DNA of 64,000 nucleotides, from positions 3,720,001-3,784,000 of the forward strand of contig OZ281500.1 of NCBI GenBank assembly GCA_965637545.1, written 5' to 3'. Below the pieces are notes generated by a model that saw only the letters and a list, made by a program, of their open reading frames with translations, was not told the origin of the DNA and did not search any database. Positions 51,901 through 61,066 of the stretch are shown here, one piece after another. The DNA comes from Phallusia mammillata (Eukaryota). The position numbers and the translations under genes are program-made. Every line of letters starts with the position of its first letter. Within the stretch, counting starts at the first letter, position 1.

Positions 51901-54900
51901 TTCGTCTTATTTTCAACAATTACAAGTCAAAACCATTCTACAAGTAATAGTAAACCTAGACCTGAACTCTCGTGAGTTGCACAAAGTATTTTTACGAACA
52001 AGGAGTTGATGGAACATATTGTTTCTAGCAAAAAATATGACATGTGATATGTCATAGCTCGTATAAATGCAAAGATTTATTCCAAAACGTTTGTTTCGTT
52101 TCGTATGAAATTATAGTTTTTCGGTGGTTCTTGTTTTGGGGCCCATGTCGATAGCAACCCTGTCTATGTACAAATTAAAAAAAAAACATTTTTGCAGGGT
52201 CCACGAATATCGCAGTTTAATTGGAAAGGGCAATTATGCATTACCGTTTAGTTGTTATTTTGAAGCTGAAAAATATTCATGTGAAATTTCGAGTATAGCA
52301 TTTTTTTCTTCTCTTTTTGTACAAATGAGGGTCCATTGTTTGAAAGAGGCCAGAAAGCAGATTTGTATTTCTCTCCCGAGCTCTGCCCCTTTTGATGTCA
52401 AATAAATTACAAGTTTGTTTTAGGACAATCCGCGTGTGGGAGGTAGAGAGTGAAACGTGTTATGCTCTGTTGGAAGGTCACACTTCAAGTGTTAGAGGTC
52501 TGTGTTGGAATCACGAAATCGCCTATCTGCTCACCTCCGGCTCATGGGACAGCACGTTGCGATTATGGGACGTACGCGACAAAAAATGCATCGAAACTGT
52601 CGACGACCATGGTGCCGATGTGTATGGTAAAAAAAGTTGGTTTACTGGTTACGTGATTGTTGGTTTGTATGTTCAATTTATGGTTATTTGTAGTGATGTA
52701 CCGAATCGGCGAAATTTCGATTCGGCCGAAACCGAATATTTGGTGGTTTTGCCGAATAAATTCGGCCGAATCAACCGAATCAAACCGAATCATTTATGGC
52801 GTCACGCGAAGTCGTACGCTACACGTTTGACATGAAAATATAAGTTTATCTACTAGGCAATTAGTGCAGTTTAACATTGCCTCAAGCATGATTGCCAACC
52901 CGACAATGAATTACTGATTAGTTGTCTGCAGTGGGAAAACGATAATGTGTTAAAAAATATAATGATTTGCGCGATTTTCGTTGGTACTAAGCAGAAAAGA
53001 CACGTTTAACGCTTTAAATATGTGTTCGTAAAAGATTCGGTTTCGGCCGAGTCGCAACAAATTATTCGACCGAAACCGAATCTTTGCAAAAGTGGCCGAA
53101 ATCTTTGCAAAAGTGGCCGAATAAATTCGGCAAACCGAATATTCGGTACATCTTTAGTTATTTGGTTGTTTTGTGGTATGTGTACAGTTGTTTCAAAAGG
53201 TTTGCATGTGAACAGTTGGTTGTTTTAATGGTTTGTTTAGTATGGTTGTCTGGTTGTTTTTCATAAGTTTTGTACTTTTGAATACATTACTTGATATTTA
53301 AATCGCAAATTAGCTGATTATTCGAAACAGTTCTACAGGTTTAAATAAAAGTATTTCATACTAAAATACAACTGTTGGGAAAAACGCCGCTGCTTGGAGT
53401 AATAACAAAGGTCAAAATCTTCACTTTTAGAAACAAACTTGTTTAAATCACTAAAAAATAATATTCTTGCTATTCTAACTACTGGTAACTTTAGGTCTTA
53501 CAACGCACCCCAACAATCCCTTTACAATCGCCACCTCGTCACGTGACTCAACGGTCCGAATATGGTCGCTAGGTGGCGTAACGGAGAGTCTCTTTCTTCG
53601 TGTGCTGGCAGGCGAGCCAGTCGATTCCATAGTCACCACCCCAGGTAATTATCTGTAGAACATTCGGACAGTAAACTATGATTTTTAACCGACTTAAATG
53701 ATTCAATGGTTTTACCCTCAACCTCTGATAGACTGTAATAAAATTTTGGCGATAATTTATCAAAAAAGTATGAAAAATTTTGTAACATGTTTACAAAATA
53801 GTGGTATATACAGGGTCTATATATCTAATATTAGACATATTAATGTGAACCATCGCCAAGTGTAAGTATAGACTGGTTTAGTAGTAATGGTAAAGGGCCA
53901 AAAGGAGCAATGTTTCTGACTCAAAACCAGTCAACATAACTGCTCTTTCAAATATAGAATCTATATGTTCAAACGGCATTCGACGTTTTCAGTTTGCATT
54001 TCTGTTATGAAACACATATTTATCAATACATTTATTGGATTTAAAATACACTTGTTTATGTATTCGCTGCAAAAACAACTTTGATGTTTTTTAGACGACA
54101 ATATGAAACCAGGATCAGCACTGAAACTCTCCGGTAACATGTCGCGTCATATTACGTCACTATTACGTGAGAAGAAAAACAGCGACTTCGTGAAGTTGCG
54201 ATGGTTTTCCGAACTTTTCTGTGTAAGTAACTGATAGAACTAATTTCTATCTTATATCATGGTAGGCAATGCCTTTTGAAGGCGTCATACCCGCGTTTCT
54301 GCTTTCCAATTATATTTAAGACACGATTTCACTATTGTTTATTACTGCATATTGTCAAAATTTTTGGTCGGAATCTGATGCAATAAAATACGACAATACG
54401 GTAACTGTTTCAGTATTCTTAAAAAGGTTCAACCGTTTAAGATAACATAGGTTTTGTTCAATGTTGTTTTATATTTTCTTGTTGAATTGCAGTCGTCTCG
54501 TGGCTTGGAGAACCTGTGGGATTTGGTATGTACATGTCGGGGTCAGAGAGAATCAACTTTATCACAGTCTTACAGGAAAGGAATCCTTCACACCAAACAT
54601 TTGACCAAATACAAAGCGGTATGAAACTATGTGTAATTGTACTAAGTTTTAAACAATGCTGAAATTGGAACTATGGTTCCTCTTTCTTCAGCAAAGATTG
54701 TTTGACATTTTTTGAAGCTTTTTTTAAGAACTAAATTGTCAGAGAGCTTGTACGCAGTAATTACATTTTCCCGCAAATTTTACAATAATCGTTGTTTTTA
54801 TCATCAGTGCCAAATTATCACGAACAATATTAACAGCGATTGATACACTGCATTCGCTGCATACGAGGTGCCTGGCATTGTAATTTTCCATCGGACTTAT

Positions 54901-57900
54901 TTTCTACTGACATGCCTTAGCTCAGTGTTTTTCAACCATTTTTTAGCCACGTAACACTTTGTGCATAAAAATAATTCTCCGGAACACCAAACGAAATTTT
55001 GTAATGATAAAATAAAACAAACAATTAAGCTCACATTCACCTAATGCATTATACTTAAACAGCAACAAGCCCACGCAAATACATTCTTATTATATTGCAC
55101 AACGTGTCGTATTAAGACACAACAATAAATGAAGCAAATCAAGATGGAACATTCAAACGGAGGATAGTGGATAACTAAGTTCATAAAAAACTATTTACGC
55201 CCATTGTGTTAAACCAGTGATTTTCGACTGGTATTCCATGAAACCGTAGTCAAACTAATAAATTCTTGCGGAACACCTTTCATGGAACACTGGTTAAAAA
55301 TCACTGTCTTAGCTGACAATTTTAGCCCAGTCAAATCAGTCTGTGTTGTACTTCTTTCTTTTCTATCGGTCTAGACGCTAGACTAGAGTTTTGAAACTAA
55401 CTCTCAACTAATCTGATTTTTAACCAGGCGGAGGCGCAAGAGTGCGAACGCGAGGTGGCGCAACACAAACCCGGCCTACGTCACAAAGAAAGGTCGCTCA
55501 TGCGCTCTGCCGACTTGCATCTTAAACTGGGAAACATACGAAGACATTGCGAAATTCTTGTGGAACTCGGAGACTGGGAACGGGCTATCTCTCTAGCGCC
55601 GGGAGTGTCCATATCATTTTGGGCCAGTCTAACGGAGAAGTAAATGTATTTTGTTCCCCTAACAGTAGCAGGTTTCTCCGTGATAAAATATAATCTAAAA
55701 TGCGGTTCAAAACTGAATCGACCGGTATACTTAACTAAATATATTTTGCCGAAAGGATTTGCCATTGCAAGTTCCCTTTTTAAATAGAACATTTTGGGAA
55801 AAACATATATTGTGCATATATAGCCCAAATTTTTGTACACTAGGTGTTTGGATTTGCAACAATGATTTACTTTCAATTAACGAACCTACCATACTGAAAT
55901 GAAATGTGGAGTTAAGTTTAAACCACTAAAGTTGGTGAAGTCCGTGTTTTAAATGCTTGACACGTTTTTCCAGATACGCCACTGTTTTAGAATCAGAACG
56001 CGATAAAGATGCAACGGCGTTTCACATCGCCAGTGGGAAAGTTCGAGAAGCTGTCCGCTTTATTACGTCACAGGGTGATTTGCAGGTGAGTCAGCAAATT
56101 TTCAATGACGCGCAAAAGCCGAAAGTTCATTTTTCTTGATCGACAGGATGCATTGATCGTGGCACAGAGCGCCCAAGAGGGAAATACCCCTCACGTGACC
56201 GCAACAGAGGAAATCCACAATGGTGACGTCACAAGCGAACATGAATCCTACGACGAGTGAGTACTAAGTCTTGGAATATATTATGATGAATTTTTTTTTG
56301 TTTCGGGCTTTGGATGTTGCACATTACAACGTAAACTAATACTGGTTATTATATTATTTTTCTTCATGACTGAAATGTTCTTAATTTAAAATTTTGCAAA
56401 AATTTGCCATGAAGAAGGTATTCGTATCTTATGCTTTATCTTAGGCCTTTGCGCGTTTTTACACGATATTTAACCAAACGTAGCCTAGTGCCTACGAGGG
56501 GCACGGTAAGGTTTTAAAAATTTGACATTAGGACCCAATTTTTAAAGTTAGTTTATGAGGATTTAATGATATAATACCCTACCACTTAATCTAGGGTCAT
56601 TTTTGTAAGTCTCACTAAAGTTGAACCCCGTTGGAATTAAACTACATCATAATATGTGTATTGCACACAGAAGGTAATGTTTACAATTTCCACAGTTTAG
56701 TTTCGGAATGTTGCGATCATCTTTCATCCCGTTACTTCCACAAATCATCACCTTATTCCGCAGCATCGGTTCATCTCGCCAACGACGATTTCCACAGTGC
56801 CATCGACTGCCTAATTAGGGTAACTCTTGAGTATTTACTAGTCAATAAATCCACCCAAATGTTAATGGTTTTCGTGACATAATGTTATTCTGTCTGCACA
56901 AGATCTTTTGTTATTGGCATTGATTTGTATATTACTGATGTGTGCATATAAAGCTAGACTTCACCTGGTTTTATTACTGAATGTTCTTACTGGATTGTCA
57001 GTGAAGCGCCTTAAGTGTATCAAAAAAAGTTTTTGAGGTAAACTTCGTTTTTATTTGCTTTACAGTCGAACGAGCTTGCCTTGGCTTTGTGTTTGTCTAA
57101 AAATCTTAAAGGAAGCTCAAATCGATCTGTGATTCCAGCGAGACTTCTAGCACGAAAACTGGAAAGGTTCGGCAATATACAATGTTTTAACTTTGTTATG
57201 CTTGGCAGTAAAACACTAAACAATTGATGCACAAGCTTTTCGTGTTTGCCTGCACATCACAAGCTATGATTTCGCCAATGAGTGTATTGCACTTACCTAA
57301 ATAGTCCACCAGCAGGACTTGAACATTCACTTGGCGTGTAGGGTATGAAATTGTGAATGCATTGAGCAAAAAGATACAACCCAGTATTTAGGTGTAAAAC
57401 ATACAACGTTTCGACAGTTTCTATTCTCATCGTCAGTTGAAACAGAAGGGATTGATTTCATTTCACCTGAAGATGAAAAAATGAAACTGTTTTACACCCA
57501 AATAGGCTACTAGCTTATATTTTTTTTTGTTAGAATATTTAGAACCGTGCAGGGTGTACTTATGTGTGTGTTTTGTTGACAAAAGTTCTTTAGGTTCAAT
57601 TTTAGAAGTCAAACACCCAAGACGAGAGTTTTCTTACCAATGCTCGCAAGCCAGTTAATATAACATATTTTAATGACACCCATGCACCATGTGTAAAACG
57701 GATTCCTCTTTAATTCAATTCAACTTTATCATTTGCAGCTTAAAAATGCCGGACATTGCAATCAAACTGCTTAAGACCTTTGACCCTCCGGTGCCCAAAT
57801 CTGATTGGTCAGCGATACATGACGTTTGCGCGCGTTGTGACGTCACAGACCCTGACACGAAGACTCGCCTTCATCAAGCAGCAGGTAAGCTTTATACGAG

Positions 57901-60181
57901 CGGTTTCCAACCGAAAAGGGGGGAATTTTAAACCTTGAAGGGAGGAATTTCTTTAATTTTTTACACATGGTTTTAAATACAATTTAAAGCTCTGGGAATA
58001 GGACCTGTGAAGTTGTTAAAAGATCCATTTTAAATGATCTTTGTATGGTTTAGCATACTTCGTAGTGTATTAGGGAAGGTTAAAGTGTTTGGAATTGTTA
58101 AGAGAGAAATTCGTGGAGAAGGTTGGGAACCACTGCTCTATGCGGGTTTATTGTGTTCATTTGGTGGTTATTTTTAGGTCTGCCCTCGCCTTCGGAGTGC
58201 AAGGACCGCGCGGTGTCGCACCAGAGCAACGGAGATTTAAGTGATGCGATGAGATACCACGTACTGAGTGGGGAATCACAAACGGGTCTGGAGCTTGCTA
58301 TACAGTTATTCACAGGTGTGGACACAAACATAATGATTTTCTTCGGTTTCATATACTGGTAATGAAAAAGGCTATTGCACGTTAAATTAATTAAAAGCAT
58401 GTCTCTTCTGTGATAAATTCGGCACAGTTGGATTAATTTCTTTACAATTTTATGTATGCGCTTCATGTAAATTAACAGAGCAGGCTACGATAAAACAAGC
58501 AAATACCACTATAGCTTACTCTACCCATACCAATTACCATATTCTAAACTTAAACTACCAGTAATCAATATTTTTTTAAACACAGCTCGTTTCAAAGAAG
58601 ACGCAAATTGGACAGTTGACGCTGTTATGCTGGACTTGGCAGCATCCTTTGCCGTTCGAACTAGTGTTCTTAAACAACAGAAAAACAAAACCCTGCGTAC
58701 GAAACTCCTGGCAATTGCAGCCTACTTTGGAGCGCTATTAGCTGTCAGAAGGCAGTACGACTCCATTGTGAAGCCGCTTTTCGTACATGCTAAGTAAGTT
58801 TAAAACAATTTTGTTGCGCTGTCTGTCATTATTGCGTGTTTGACATTTTGCTTCAAATTAACAACCCACAACAGGATCTGGCAACATTTTTCACTTAACT
58901 TCGCAACGAGACAATTTTTTCAAAGGAAAAGAATATTCAGCAGTTTTGCTTGATAAATTTCGCTGAATCAACCGAACCGTTTAACACCATCACACATATT
59001 TTCCGTTCAGGCAAATACAAAGGGTTACGTCTTACGTAGATCGAATCAAAAGTTCTGTGGATTTTAATGTCCCACAGGCTGTTTTAAAGCTTGTGGTAAC
59101 CAGGCTTCAGCAAACATTCGTGGCTTAAACCTAAGTTAACAATTGTTTAGCTTTTTAACATTCATTTCACGTTAAACTCTGGTATTTAGGTCCCTGGTTC
59201 AACTAAGTCAATCTTTCGACCCCCACTTCCCACTATCGCCCTCAAATGTCCACGAAGAACTTCAGGCTTGGTTAGACAAGTCTGACAATGACGTAGCGAC
59301 ACGGTTACGTCACCGAGCGGGCGAGGAAACGCACCCAAGCATGACGGGCATCACTGTCGTCGATTCTTCAGATTTTCCTTCCCACTCCAACACAGCAATG
59401 TCGACGATATCAGGCAAAAAGATAAGCGTAAGTGAAAATCGGCCTTAAAGCATTATATTTAACTGTCGGTTGCAAAACTGTTATCAAATTTACCTGTCAT
59501 CAAATAATATGCTGAGTTAACAGTTTTTGTCAAAAGCACTCTCTTTGTGCAACCGACTTTAACGTACTTATACAAACTAAAAAACATGACAAAAAATCGT
59601 AGTTATAAATAGGCTAAGATGATTCGACTTCCAGCGGGTTCACCACTGAGCCTGTGTAGCTCAGTTTGAAGAGCGCGAGTTCCGGAAAGACTCCTGTCGT
59701 GAGTTCGAATCCCACCGCACGCTAGATTTTTCTGGTCTGTGCCTTGCCATATAGGAACGCTTGGGAGACCGGCTCAATTCGGATAACGCCTTCAATGGGC
59801 CTGGCGTCCAATGATAGTTACAGTTGCCACCCACTCTTTGCGGATACCAGTTCCAGAAACATAGACCAAACTCGTTTTTGATTTGAAATTCAAATGGTTT
59901 CACCACCACGGTGCTACCTCTTAGTTTTTGAAAGTCAACATTCTAAAACGCTTGCAAAACAACACAGTAACAGCTAAACGCAGCGAATTTGTAAATGGCT
60001 TATCAACCATAGACATCAAAAAAACATTTGCAACATTTCAAATGTGTGTTTCTGTCACCAGGGTGCGCCGTTTATCCTTGACGACGGTCGGTCAGTGCTC
60101 TCTATCAACGAGGCCATCATGTGGGCAAAAGTCAACCAATTTTCTCCTACTTCGTCCGGAGAAAGAATCTGTCCGTTCTAA
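30950..60181 (+). CDS. WDR17: WD repeat-containing protein 17, complete, 26 coding exons, about 1266 aa
   Basis: Exons 30950-31075, 31474-31657, 31980-32210, 32456-32581, 32774-32896, 33578-33700, 33957-34132, 34708-34876, 35908-35999, 36894-36976, 50871-50957, 51527-51691, 52424-52626, 53495-53644, 54095-54222, 54493-54618, 55428-55639, 55974-56085, 56147-56256, 56696-56819, 57066-57166, 57739-57884, 58178-58315, 58586-58793, 59190-59427, 60062-60181; total 3801 nt, all phases consistent. N-terminus [14 protein letters not shown]...[13 protein letters not shown] and C-terminus [17 protein letters not shown]...RICPF match remembered WDR17 termini. Confidence 0.95.
37195..37292 (-). mobile_element. 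5'-degenerate tRNA-derived SINE fragment
   Basis: Minus strand tgtcgtGGGTTCGAATCCCACCaataGCTAGATTTTTC: B-box plus downstream sequence shared with the 59650 element. Confidence 0.6.
37711..44044 (-). CDS. Nested antisense gene: signal peptide-CUB-MAM-LDLa-LDLa-Thr-rich mucin stalk-C-terminal hydrophobic (GPI-type) tail, about 729 aa, 12 exons
   Basis: Exons (- strand) 44044-43975 ([17 protein letters not shown]), 42175-42048 and 41824-41554 (CUB: [15 protein letters not shown]...CVWQI), 41317-41168, 40916-40799, 40677-40527, 40353-40254 (MAM: [41 protein letters not shown]), 40067-40008, 39433-39320 (LDLa [24 protein letters not shown]), 39234-39112, 38865-38731 (LDLa), 38480-37711 (mucin + tail). 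Total 2190 nt, all phases consistent. Lies entirely inside WDR17 intron 36977-50870. Confidence 0.9.
38955..38992 (-). other. Degenerate minimal hammerhead-ribozyme-like motif (Penelope-type relic)
   Basis: Minus strand CCGATGA-A-GGCGTCTT-gcat-AGGACGTC-GAAA-TGTT, with an 8-bp stem II and a downstream AATAAA; core deviates at U4. Confidence 0.4.
39634..39993. mobile_element. hAT (Buster-like) MITE (360 bp)
   Basis: TIRs CAGGGGTTCTTAACC / GGTTAAGAAACACTG; perfect TSD aggtagat (39626-39633, 39994-40001); GGGGTAC subterminal repeats. Confidence 0.92.
45346..45580. mobile_element. Degenerate pogo/Tigger-like MITE remnant
   Basis: Left TA-CCGTA..., right ...TAAACACGG, with internal GCGGCTT...AT motifs reminiscent of the 62118 element; TIR match is poor. 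Confidence 0.35.
49062..49249. mobile_element. Degenerate MITE with CCCGA subterminal repeats
   Basis: Imperfect inverted ends (taaagttgtatgcggtcc / ggcccgacttacaaactt) and repeated AGCCCGA/ACCCGA motifs; no TSD found. Confidence 0.4.
52691..53156. mobile_element. hAT-type MITE (466 bp), related to the 8586-9014 family
   Basis: TIRs TAGTGATGTACCGAAT / ATTCGGTACATCTTTA; perfect TSD gttatttg; CCGAA repeats and an internal duplication (atctttgcaaaagtggccgaa x2). Confidence 0.9.
54923..55306. mobile_element. hAT (Buster-like) MITE (384 bp)
   Basis: Ends CAGTGTTTTTCAACC / GGTTAAAAATCACTG; TSD ccttagct / tcttagct (7/8). Confidence 0.85.
57405..57436 (-). other. Degenerate hammerhead-like motif
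   Basis: Minus strand CTGACGA-T-GAGAATAGAAACTGTC-GAAAC-GTT; core intact but stem II has mismatches. Confidence 0.3.
57898..58135. mobile_element. hAT (Buster-like) MITE (238 bp) filling most of a WDR17 intron
   Basis: Ends gAGCGGTTTCCAACC / GGTTGGGAACCACTG; TSD ctttatac / ctctatgc (6/8); same family as 29179-29366. Confidence 0.7.
59650..59898 (+). mobile_element. tRNA-derived SINE (about 250 bp) in the last WDR17 intron
   Basis: tRNA-like head 59650-59722: A-box TAGCTCAGTTTGAAGAGC, B-box GAGTTCGAATCCC, imperfect cloverleaf; possible flanking duplication ttcaccac (59639-59646, 59899-59906); second related copy at about 37.25 kb. Confidence 0.7.
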
Positions 60182-61066
60182 AATATTGCTACGGTTATAT
60201 TATTATATATATTAAGAATTGGTTATATTGGAAGTCACTTTGTTATGAACTTCTTCCTGATTCTTTTCTAACATTAAAGTTAATCAAAAAATGACGGGTA
60301 ATAGACCAAGGGCCCACAAAGATTTTTTTGATGTAGTGTTCCATTTTTACTTGCGACCATGTTTTGTGGTAATTAATATTGGAATGTCTGAACTTGCTTA
60401 CCGCTTACGTTGGGATAAGGGAAAGGGTAGTAAAAACATGTTATTGTGCCTAGCAGCAGAAATGTTGGCTTCATAGCCTGTATCACAATAATATCTGTTG
60501 TTTGCTCTCTAAAATGGCCTGGGCAAAAAAGTGTGTAAGACAATTGTAACATTTGCAAAATATTTCATTACCACAAGATGCACACAATATTTTCATTTAC
60601 TACAAGCAAACAAAATTCAAGTAATGAGCTATTGCACTTTTGTAGAGTATTTATTAGTGTATATACAAGCAGTTTGGTCCTTATATGCTTCGTACCATAT
60701 CCTACACAATTTTCATGCTGAATTGAAGAAAAGAAAAACCTCATTGCATAGAGGAAATACATTGTATTGCATGATATTTCTATGATTAATCATTGTCGTC
60801 ATTATCAGAGCAAAGTACTGTTATCCAAGAACTGGTGTGCCGTATGGTGTACAGCTAAATCCAGTTAATAGCATAATCTGTTTAATTGCATGGGGATTAT
60901 CAATCCCAACTATAGCCATTTGTTAAGAAAATCATCCAGCTATTTGCATAATCCAGTTAATTGCCAGAAATAGCTTGGCAAATGGTTAAGCAATTAACTG
61001 AATTAAGGTGTATCCCTTACACAGCCTGTATCTAGTGTTCCTAAATTTTGCGCATTCTGATATTAT

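Noticed and set aside
58875-59100. Extra WDR17 exon candidates (acceptors near 58874 and 59010)
   Set aside because: Both hit stops in the required phase, and exon 58586-58793 joins 59190-59427 directly with continuous WDR17 similarity.
59661-59909. 82-aa minus-strand ORF
   Set aside because: Antisense to the SINE body; no protein features.
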